From positions 1 to 25,891 of the IMG/VR virus record IMGVR_UViG_3300044723_003732: a stretch of 25,891 nt of DNA. One strand, 5' to 3'. Below, one piece after another: positions 17,321 to 24,612 of the stretch (positions within the stretch are counted from its first letter, which is position 1; each line of letters starts with the position of its first letter). The notes under the pieces are model-generated. The model ran no database searches. It saw nothing but the letters and a program-made list of their open reading frames with translations, and was not told the origin of the DNA. The translations under genes and the position numbers were made by a program. The DNA is from a virus (taxonomy: Duplodnaviria; Caudoviricetes).

Positions 17321-17538
17321 TGTATAGAGTAAAAATGGAAGTCTATTTAGACATAGACGGAACTAATGCTGAAGTAGTAGATACAGTGCGTGACTTCGAG
17401 ATGAGAAATCTAGTAGAGTTTGATTTCCTTGATATCTTATTTGGTGAGCCAATGGTAAGACCATTGAGAGAAACAGAAGATGAGGAATACAAACCATACG
17501 AGTTACTCACAGAGGAGTGCGATGTTTTCAACAACTAG
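17320..17538 (+). CDS. Hypothetical acidic protein
   Basis: Start revised to 17320 (GAGGAGGAATAATG). Confidence 0.8.
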   Translation: MYRVKMEVYLDIDGTNAEVVDTVRDFEMRNLVEFDFLDILFGEPMVRPLRETEDEEYKPYELLTEECDVFNN

Positions 17539-17815
17539 TTTTGATACTGTTATCAGATACACATGGGGTTACTCTCTGCATTTACACAATGCAGGATTTC
17601 ACATGGAAGAGTGTGAGCAATGTAACAACAGTATCCGTAACAGAGATGACATGGTGTACATGTTTGTAAACGAAGATGTTGACTCGGGAGAGTGCGAGAT
17701 TGAATATGACTTTGGTTTTTTCTGTTCAACAGAATGCTTAGTCAATTCAATACGACTGCATGAAATATCAGAGCCACCATTTAATTATCAAGATTCCGTA
17801 TGGGAGGAGGAGTAA
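17522..17815 (+). CDS. Hypothetical protein with a treble-clef-like CxxC...FCSxxC motif
   Basis: Start revised to 17522 (GAGGAG SD). CEQC...FCSTEC. Confidence 0.75.
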   Translation: MFSTTSFDTVIRYTWGYSLHLHNAGFHMEECEQCNNSIRNRDDMVYMFVNEDVDSGECEIEYDFGFFCSTECLVNSIRLHEISEPPFNYQDSVWEEE

Positions 17816-17976
17816 TGAACGAGTATAACTTTATTATGCATTTCAGTAAATCAATCAAAGCAACTGATTACGAACAAGCATGTAAATTCATTAAAGAAAA
17901 AACAAATTACATAAACGAGAATTTAGATTTCTGTTTAGATTCAAGTACAGATGTATCACTATACGAGGAGGAGTAA
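17815..17976 (+). CDS. 53-aa protein MNEYNFIMHFSKSIKATDYEQA...
   Basis: GAGGAGGAGTAATG junctions at both ends. Confidence 0.75.
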   Translation: MNEYNFIMHFSKSIKATDYEQACKFIKEKTNYINENLDFCLDSSTDVSLYEEE

Positions 17977-18197
17977 TGGAAAGACTAAAGATATATTGTC
18001 TCACTTACGAAGAAGACGGTGATACACGTTCAATCTTTCATGTAAGTAAAACTTACTTACAGAGTTTGAGAGAGACTTGGAAAGTTTCAGGCAACGAGAC
18101 TGACCTTGACAAAATATTTACAGTGTATCCAAAAACAAAGAACGAGCTTGTTTACATATTGACAAGCGTAAGTCAGAGAGGATTTTATGACGGTTAA
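17976..18197 (+). CDS. Hypothetical protein
   Basis: 73 aa, strong SD, coupled. Confidence 0.8.
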   Translation: MERLKIYCLTYEEDGDTRSIFHVSKTYLQSLRETWKVSGNETDLDKIFTVYPKTKNELVYILTSVSQRGFYDG

Positions 18198-18672
18198 TGT
18201 AGATTTATATAAACCAAGACACATAGCTGTGACTCTTGCACAACTACAAGCATTGAACGATACTTCACTTGTAATGAAGTATGACAAGAACATACACCCT
18301 GCTTGGTTTTTGCACGAGTTACCAAAGTCGGAGCTTGATAAACTCGACAGGACAATGCGTTGGTATTCTATCTCAGATGAAGTACCAATCATTATGAGTG
18401 TTGCGTTTCCTAAGTTCTATAGAAACAACAAACCTATTGCTGCGTACATGCGTACGTATTGGGTAGCGATGTTAAAAGATAGAGTAACAAATGTTACGTA
18501 TCAACTTGCAGAGGAAGACTTCTGCATAGACATACCTATGGATATTTATTTATCCCTAGATGATGTACCCGAAGGCAAAGAGTTCGACAACATAGAATCG
18601 ATAGAGCTTGACAAAGTTCAACTCGAGCAAGATGTTGAAGAAGCAATCAAACTAATACTAGAGGAGGAATAA
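18187..18672 (+). CDS. Hypothetical protein
   Basis: 161 aa, GAGG SD, acidic C-terminus. Confidence 0.85.
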   Translation: MTVNVDLYKPRHIAVTLAQLQALNDTSLVMKYDKNIHPAWFLHELPKSELDKLDRTMRWYSISDEVPIIMSVAFPKFYRNNKPIAAYMRTYWVAMLKDRVTNVTYQLAEEDFCIDIPMDIYLSLDDVPEGKEFDNIESIELDKVQLEQDVEEAIKLILEEE

Positions 18673-18830
18673 TGAACGTACAACTTGGGTTTAACTACAC
18701 ACGTGGTGAAACCATAAGTAGAAATCTGTTTGACTGCATAGCCGAAGAAATTGATTGGCTTGATGCACAAGAGTCAGACAAAGAAGAACTAATAAATAAA
18801 TTAAAACTAATAGTGGATAGGAGTACATAA
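18672..18830 (+). CDS. 52-aa protein MNVQLGFNYTRGETIS...
   Basis: GAGGAGGAATAATG start. Stop overlaps the next ATG. Confidence 0.75.
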   Translation: MNVQLGFNYTRGETISRNLFDCIAEEIDWLDAQESDKEELINKLKLIVDRST

Positions 18831-19108
18831 TGACGCTATACAAATTGGAGTATGAACAAAGAAATGAAGTCTTTGTCGAGGCAAATAATGCAGACGAGGC
18901 ATACGACTTAATTAATGAGTACACATCAAACGGTGGTGATAATATGCACCAAATACGTTTGATTGAGTGTGGTTGGTCAATCACAGAGAACTTGGGTGAG
19001 CTAGAAGAATTAGAAGAAAACCACCCAAACATACAGTTTGATACTCACAAAGCAGAGTACGGTGGGACGTTTCAACAACAACACCCAACATGGATGTATT
19101 ACGACTAG
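18830..19108 (+). CDS. Hypothetical acidic protein (VEANNADEA motif)
   Basis: 92 aa, AGGAG SD. Confidence 0.8.
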   Translation: MTLYKLEYEQRNEVFVEANNADEAYDLINEYTSNGGDNMHQIRLIECGWSITENLGELEELEENHPNIQFDTHKAEYGGTFQQQHPTWMYYD

Positions 19109-19116
19109 GAGTAGTA

Positions 19117-19287
19117 ATGGATATAAAGATAGAAGAAGTAAAAATAATTTATACTTATAACCCTACTCAAACTAGCACTGCGTTTGATGAAATAATTACA
19201 TGTGTAAGTGATAATCAAATGTTGGGCGAGTACACAGTAGTAGGATATAGCCAACCTATTGAGTACAAAATTACAAAGGAGGAATAG
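19117..19287 (+). CDS. Hypothetical protein
   Basis: Start revised to ATG 19117 (AGGAG SD). Confidence 0.7.
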   Translation: MDIKIEEVKIIYTYNPTQTSTAFDEIITCVSDNQMLGEYTVVGYSQPIEYKITKEE

Positions 19288-19670
19288 TGGATATAAACAA
19301 AGAAGCACGAGAGACTTTTGAATCTCTACTCGAGGACTTTGCAGAATACAAAGCAAATATCGAGGACGAAGAGAAGCGAGAGTCAATGGAGTACGACCGA
19401 GAGGAAATAGACAATCGTGTCTACTCTATGAGAAAAATAACAACTATTGAACTACAACTTGCAGGAGGTGGACCTGCGTATTGGATACTGTTTGACGTAG
19501 AGGGAGAAGACTATAACTACACAATATCAAACATTAGATTCAAATACGCTTGGTGGTCTGAACCAGTAATTATACAAGCAGATGAATACGCTGACCCGAA
19601 ACAACTATTTGAGTGGTTTGTTGAAGAATTTTGTGGTGGCGATGTTTCATGGCTAGAAAGTTACAACTAG
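19287..19670 (+). CDS. Hypothetical acidic protein (LQLAGGGPAYWI motif)
   Basis: 127 aa, GTG start with an AGGAGG SD. Confidence 0.8.
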   Translation: MDINKEARETFESLLEDFAEYKANIEDEEKRESMEYDREEIDNRVYSMRKITTIELQLAGGGPAYWILFDVEGEDYNYTISNIRFKYAWWSEPVIIQADEYADPKQLFEWFVEEFCGGDVSWLESYN

Positions 19671-19673
19671 ATT

Positions 19674-19726
19674 CCTAGCAAACCACTAGGTACGATACAG
19701 GGGCAAGCACCTCTGCCCCTCGTATC
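19674..19726 (+). promoter_or_regulatory. Two intergenic hairpins
   Basis: CCTAG/CTAGG (19674-19690) and GATAC-AGGGGCA/TGCCCCT-C-GTATC (19694-19726). No U-tract, so the role is unclear. Confidence 0.45.
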
Positions 19727-19739
19727 ACAAAGGATTATT

Positions 19740-20660
19740 ATGAACATACCAACGGTAAACCTATTACAAGTAGGTGTCATACATACGTGTGAGATTTGTA
19801 GACAGGTGTTCAAGCCACGTAGTAAATTACAGAAATCTTGTGGAAGTAAACAGTGTCAAAAAGATTTACACAACTTAGCACGTAGAAAGAGAATGCAACA
19901 AGGCGAGTTTTCATCTAAACGTTATCGCACATGTGAGTCATGTTCAGTTGAATATGAAGCAAAGAACAGAGATACAAACAGTAGAACCTGTAAGGATTGC
20001 TCTACAGAAAAACTTAGATACAAACCCAAAGTCACCAAGAACTGTCTGTGGTGCAATAAAGAATTTATTACCTCAAGACCAAGTCAAGAAAAGTATTGCC
20101 CAAAACAAAAACAACTTAAACCGAAAGAACGTTGCTCGTACAAACATTTTGAATCTACTCGACCAAGACAGATGAGAGAACCAAAGACTTGTTCAGTGTG
20201 CAATGATATTTACTACAGTAAAAGTTACGCATCTACTACATGTAAAAAACTTGAGTGCAAGTTGACACGTGAAAGGTCTTACGAGAAAAACAAAACAAAT
20301 TATAAATACCCATCATGGACAGAATTACAAGGTTGGATTTATTGTTTATACAATAAAGAATTTGATATTTACAAAGTTGGTATTACAAGCGACCCTCAAG
20401 AAAGAATTTACAGATACGCGTTAGAGGGATTTACTTTTAAATCAATACACAAATTTAAAAACAAAAGAGAAGCATCACAGGCAGAAAAAGAATTTTATTA
20501 CTTAGCAGAATCATTGGGCATATCACCCAGTAAAAGTGACACAGATGTCACTCATTTCTTCAAAAGATTCATGGAGTCAGGTTGCACTGAAATTATTTGG
20601 GGCGACATGATTTCTTATCGTAGTCTCAATCGAATGTTACGACAACTTTCGTTGTCATAA
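19740..20660 (+). CDS. Zn-finger-repeat protein with a C-terminal GIY-YIG-like (T5orf172-type) domain, homing-endonuclease-like
   Basis: Four CxxC..(F/Y).....C..C repeats, then GWIYCL...YKVGITSDPQER and A...EK. Confidence 0.7.
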   Translation: MNIPTVNLLQVGVIHTCEICRQVFKPRSKLQKSCGSKQCQKDLHNLARRKRMQQGEFSSKRYRTCESCSVEYEAKNRDTNSRTCKDCSTEKLRYKPKVTKNCLWCNKEFITSRPSQEKYCPKQKQLKPKERCSYKHFESTRPRQMREPKTCSVCNDIYYSKSYASTTCKKLECKLTRERSYEKNKTNYKYPSWTELQGWIYCLYNKEFDIYKVGITSDPQERIYRYALEGFTFKSIHKFKNKREASQAEKEFYYLAESLGISPSKSDTDVTHFFKRFMESGCTEIIWGDMISYRSLNRMLRQLSLS

Positions 20661-20709
20661 AAAATCACAAATACATAACTTGTCATATTTGTCAGCTATA
20701 CTACACAGT

Positions 20710-20934
20710 ATGGAAAAAAATGAAATACTAGCTAAGCTAGAAAAACCCAAGCAGTTTCCATTTAATCTCCCACCCGAGGGATTGGAACTACTTGAAGCAA
20801 TCGAGCAAGGCTTACAACAGGGGAAAAACTACAATGCTTCTGCGTTAGCGGAGATAATAACGACAGAGTTTGGAGTTCATGTAAGCGTATCAACCACACA
20901 CAGATGGCTAAAGCAAAAGACTCCGACCGTTTAG
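20710..20934 (+). CDS. HTH-type protein
   Basis: Start revised to ATG 20710, 7 nt after TATACT (leaderless-type). ASALAEII...FGVHVSVSTTHRWL. Confidence 0.7.
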   Translation: MEKNEILAKLEKPKQFPFNLPPEGLELLEAIEQGLQQGKNYNASALAEIITTEFGVHVSVSTTHRWLKQKTPTV

Positions 20935-21974
20935 CGGAACTCGTAGCCGAAGCTGAATCGAAAAAAATCGATGAGTTAAAGAAAACAAACGAAAGACTAC
21001 TCAAGCAGATAGATAAACTCAAAGATAAAAAAGCAGATTTAGTTCAAGCTGTGTACAAGGGGGCGTATGACGGAATAAATTCACTAACGTTACCTACGTT
21101 AAAACCACCGTCAAAGCCCAAATCAAAAAAGAAATCCGAAGAGATATGCGTGCCTCTTCTATCTGATATCCAACTAGCTAAGATAACTCCGAACTATAGC
21201 ACAGAGGTAGCAGAGAAAAGGGTTGAGGAATACGCACACAAGATTGTAAAGTTAGCAGACCTACAGTCTTCATCAGCATCTGTCAGAAAGTGCGTTGTTC
21301 TTGCACTTGGTGATATTGTTGAAGGGGAGCTTATCTTCCCTGGGCAATCATTCTTGATAGACGCTTCACTATATTCGCAAGTCACGGTAGATGGACCAAG
21401 AATCTTATATAAGTTTTTTGCGACATTGCTTGAAAGATTTGACGAAGTTGATGTACACTGGGTTATAGGCAATCACGGTGCTTTGGGAGGAAGAAGCAGG
21501 CGTGACTATGACCCTGAAACAAACGCAGACAGAATGCTAGGCAAGATACTAGAGACAATGTTTGCATCCGAAAAGAGAATCAAATTCATTATCCCTGCAG
21601 GAAAACATGACAGAAACTGGTATTCCGTTGCAGACTTGGGAGACAAAGCAAAGTTCCTATGTTTTCACGGTGACCAAATCAGAGGTCATGCAGGCATACC
21701 TTGGTATGGATATAACAAAAAAATACTAGGGTGGAAGTCTCTTGCAGCCAACGGACTCATGGAAGATTTCAACTATGCAGTCTGTGGTCATTACCATACA
21801 CCAACAACAATGTATATTAATGACACACGTGTATGGGTGAATGGTTCAACGGAAAGTTATAACACGTACGCTTTAGAACAATTAGCAAGTATGGGAAGAC
21901 CATCACAGTTTTGCTTGTTTGTGAAACCTGACAAAGGTGTGACGGCAGAATACTTGGTACAACTAGAGGAGTAG
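20904..21974 (+). CDS. Calcineurin-like metallophosphoesterase with N-terminal coiled coil
   Basis: SDIQ (DxH variant), GDIVEG, GNHG, FHGD and GHYH motifs. Confidence 0.88.
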   Translation: MAKAKDSDRLAELVAEAESKKIDELKKTNERLLKQIDKLKDKKADLVQAVYKGAYDGINSLTLPTLKPPSKPKSKKKSEEICVPLLSDIQLAKITPNYSTEVAEKRVEEYAHKIVKLADLQSSSASVRKCVVLALGDIVEGELIFPGQSFLIDASLYSQVTVDGPRILYKFFATLLERFDEVDVHWVIGNHGALGGRSRRDYDPETNADRMLGKILETMFASEKRIKFIIPAGKHDRNWYSVADLGDKAKFLCFHGDQIRGHAGIPWYGYNKKILGWKSLAANGLMEDFNYAVCGHYHTPTTMYINDTRVWVNGSTESYNTYALEQLASMGRPSQFCLFVKPDKGVTAEYLVQLEE

Positions 21975-21976
21975 TT

Positions 21977-22117
21977 ATGCAATTAGGTTGCATGTTTTGT
22001 GGCATAGAGTTAAGACCATTACACGGTCATCTCTACTGCGTCAACAAAAACTGTCCTAGATTTGGTGTTCCAAATTATAGACTCAGTGACAAAGAGCCAC
22101 ATTTAGAAATAAACTGA
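21977..22117 (+). CDS. 46-aa Zn-ribbon protein (CMFC-x11-YCVNKNC)
   Basis: GAGGAG SD. Translated by hand. Confidence 0.7.
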   Translation: MQLGCMFCGIELRPLHGHLYCVNKNCPRFGVPNYRLSDKEPHLEIN

Positions 22118-22168
22118 CACATATAAATACTAAGATATTAGACTCTAAGTAATAGAGGAAGGAGATAT

Positions 22169-22966
22169 ATGTCTTATGAGGACAGTCTAAAAAAATTACT
22201 TAAACCTTTTCCAAAGGAGTATGTAAAAGATGCACCCAAGGGAAAGTTTGGAAAGTATGTTTCTCACAGTCGTTACGTAGAAAGATTACGTGATAGTGGT
22301 ATACCCTACTCATGGACTTGTGAACCAATCTATGGAACACACAATGGTGAGAAAAGAATCGTTGGTGCGAAAGGCACTATCAAATTAGGAACAGATACCT
22401 ACGATGGCATAGGAGATGTTGACACATTCAAGTTAGATAATAAAAACATAAACGATGGGTCTTTGTTAAAAGACGCTGAATCAGACGCATTCAAAAGAGC
22501 ATGCATGAGATTTGGACTCGGTGTTGAGTTGTGGTCAGGAGATGTAACAGAGGAAGAGTTTATATCACCTACCACGCAAGGTAACACCACAGTCACAGAG
22601 AAGCAGAGCGAAGTCGTAGTTGAAGAGTCAACAGCTCCTTCCACACCAACTACGACTAGCTCTGAATCAAACGTATTGTTTTGTCCAAAGCCGTGTTATT
22701 CACCAGTAAAGATATACATGCCTGAAGATAAAAAGAATCCACGTTCTGCAGATTTTAGATGTACTGCAGGTGGTAAATGTTTGAACGGTGAACAAAAAGG
22801 AAGTATGACTTATTCTAAGTCTTGGTATAAAGATGCAAAGAATTTACCGCCAGGATTTCAAGAAGCATACGATAACTTAACAATAGTTGCACTAAAACAA
22901 AAAGGTATTGAAGTACCTGAAGCAAAGAGTTTAGATGACATCAAGGAAGGAGAAGCACCATTTTAG
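22169..22966 (+). CDS. Rad52/Sak-family single-strand annealing protein
   Basis: LLKPF...YV....YVERL...KDAESDAFKRACMRFGLGVELW, and a GGAAGGAG SD. Confidence 0.85.
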   Translation: MSYEDSLKKLLKPFPKEYVKDAPKGKFGKYVSHSRYVERLRDSGIPYSWTCEPIYGTHNGEKRIVGAKGTIKLGTDTYDGIGDVDTFKLDNKNINDGSLLKDAESDAFKRACMRFGLGVELWSGDVTEEEFISPTTQGNTTVTEKQSEVVVEESTAPSTPTTTSSESNVLFCPKPCYSPVKIYMPEDKKNPRSADFRCTAGGKCLNGEQKGSMTYSKSWYKDAKNLPPGFQEAYDNLTIVALKQKGIEVPEAKSLDDIKEGEAPF

Positions 22967-23100
22967 CTTTTAAACCTTGTGAGATTTGTGGAAGTATTGC
23001 AGTAGCTAAATTAACAACTGCTGATAGAAAACAATACGGTCTTTGTAAAGAATGTGCAGATGACACCATGTATGGTTGTGAGGATACCTACGACATTTAA
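22960..23100 (+). CDS. Possible 46-aa Zn-finger protein with a non-canonical start
   Basis: CEIC...CKEC frame ending at the terminator. ATT lies 7 nt after AAGGAG. Confidence 0.45.
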   Translation: MLAFKPCEICGSIAVAKLTTADRKQYGLCKECADDTMYGCEDTYDI

Positions 23101-23143
23101 AAGCAAGAGCCGAGGTAGAAAGGATAACACCCTCGGCTTTGCT
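23099..23143 (-). terminator. Terminator hairpin between the convergent arms
   Basis: Minus strand AGCAAAGCCGAGG-N15-CCTCGGCTCTTGCT then TTT. May act bidirectionally. Confidence 0.75.
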
Positions 23144-23149
23144 ATAAAA

Positions 23150-23440
23150 TTACTTGCTAATTTGTTTTTTAGCGTATGTTTTGACAACTGCTAGTGCAGC
23201 ACCACCACCTGCTAATGCAGCTAACTGAATTGTCTCAGCCTCTACACCAACTAATGGGGCAACTGTTAATGCACCAATGAACGCTTCAATGAAGGTCCAT
23301 GCAGTTCTTTCCAACATGTCTTTTAAGTCTTCACTCATTTTATAACTCCATGCATCATTCCAAGGAGTCCACCATAAGTTCTTCTTGAACTTACCCTCTT
23401 GGTCTCTTCTTCTATTATTCTTTTCGAATAAATCTGACAT
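23150..23440 (-). CDS. Holin, r1t-like, with N-terminal extension
   Basis: LERTAWTFIEAFIG...AALAVVKT with two hydrophobic helices, adjacent to the lysin candidate. Confidence 0.75.
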   Translation of the reverse strand: MSDLFEKNNRRRDQEGKFKKNLWWTPWNDAWSYKMSEDLKDMLERTAWTFIEAFIGALTVAPLVGVEAETIQLAALAGGGAALAVVKTYAKKQISK

Positions 23441-24030
23441 TATGTTATTACCCTTCCACTAAGTTTAGATTTTATAGTAAGCACATTACCGTTTATCTCT
23501 TGTAGTTTTTCCATAACTGTGCTTGTTAAAACTACATGGTCTTTAGCTTTGTTATCTACTTGACCCTCAAATAACTTGTTTATTGTTGTATATTCAATAC
23601 TTACAGACTTACCTTGTAGTAGTTGACCTGCAACTTTCTTATACATCTTTTGATAAGCAGTTCCACTGTGTCCAATAAACCCGTCCTGGCTTCTATCTAA
23701 GTCTTGTTGAGTCTCTCCCACAATGAGGCAACCGCTCGTATGCTCGTCCGTATTCCCTGCATGAATAAGTATGTAGGTAAAGTTTGGAACGTCTTGTAAA
23801 TGCAACATACCGTAGTGTGCATTCTTGTATCTATCAGAGTACTTAGCGTGGAAACCACCAGTCTTTCTAAATTTAATATCGTATGTTCCTTCAGGTATGC
23901 ATGTCTCATGCATTACCTTTACAGCTTGATATTGGTCTTCAAGTGTATAACACTCAAAAACACCGTCAATAAACAACAAACCATTTGTTGCATCTGTACC
24001 AAACTGTGTTCTAACTACAGTTAACTTCAT
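23440..24030 (-). CDS. DUF5675-like protein (L,D-transpeptidase-like fold), putative endolysin
   Basis: T.G.L.IDG.F.CYTLE, CIPEGTY and ILIHAGN...TSGCLIVG (His/Cys pair). Lies next to the holin. Confidence 0.8.
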   Translation of the reverse strand: MKLTVVRTQFGTDATNGLLFIDGVFECYTLEDQYQAVKVMHETCIPEGTYDIKFRKTGGFHAKYSDRYKNAHYGMLHLQDVPNFTYILIHAGNTDEHTSGCLIVGETQQDLDRSQDGFIGHSGTAYQKMYKKVAGQLLQGKSVSIEYTTINKLFEGQVDNKAKDHVVLTSTVMEKLQEINGNVLTIKSKLSGRVIT

Positions 24031-24121
24031 CTAATCCACCTTCCTTACAATTACTACTTCCATGTTTACAGTTACATAACTGTACGAAAGAACCATCTTC
24101 TTTTTCTTTTACCATACACAT
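24011..24121 (-). CDS. 36-aa Cys-rich peptide MCMVKEKEDGSFVQLCNCKHG...
   Basis: Translated by hand. ATG lies 6 nt after an extended -10 TG-A-TAATAT (24136-24128). Confidence 0.55.
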   Translation of the reverse strand: MCMVKEKEDGSFVQLCNCKHGSSNCKEGGLDEVNCS

Positions 24122-24133
24122 AACTTTATATTA

Positions 24134-24409
24134 TCACTTTATATGTTCTCTTTTATGATTTTTACCAATCTGTAAAACTTCATTAGCTATAGAGTTATAA
24201 CATTTATCCATATCTGCTGTAGTTCTATGATTGTTTTCTACTAATTCGTATTCTATGTTTTGACCTTTATCATCAACAATAAAATAAAAATTGTTATCGT
24301 GGTTCTCGTGTGGTGTATTACCTACTTTCACAACAACCTTTAGTATTTCTGATTTAATGCTTTCCATACCCTCACTGGTATAAACTTGCACTTCATATAT
24401 TTCTGTCAT
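24134..24409 (-). CDS. Hypothetical protein
   Basis: 91 aa, GAAAGGTGG SD. Confidence 0.75.
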   Translation of the reverse strand: MTEIYEVQVYTSEGMESIKSEILKVVVKVGNTPHENHDNNFYFIVDDKGQNIEYELVENNHRTTADMDKCYNSIANEVLQIGKNHKREHIK

Positions 24410-24429
24410 ATTTCCACCTTTCGTGTCTA

Positions 24430-24612
24430 TTAATCTCTAAAGCCTATGGTTAGTAACCATACTGCTAATGTAATTATAGTCGCAACTCCTGTGATTTGTT
24501 GAGCAGAACCAGTTAATGTAAGTGTAGCAATAACTAAACCAACCAAAGTCCAACTAAGGTTGAGTGTTTCTTTAATTGCTTCTACAAACCATTTCCAAAG
24601 TTTGTTTATCAT
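24430..24612 (-). CDS. Small two-TM membrane protein
   Basis: 60 aa, AGGAG SD, ATGA overlap. Confidence 0.75.
   Translation of the reverse strand: MINKLWKWFVEAIKETLNLSWTLVGLVIATLTLTGSAQQITGVATIITLAVWLLTIGFRD

Noticed and set aside
14265-22644. Minus-strand ORFs within the early arm
   Set aside because: They are antisense to tightly coupled + strand genes that have strong SDs.
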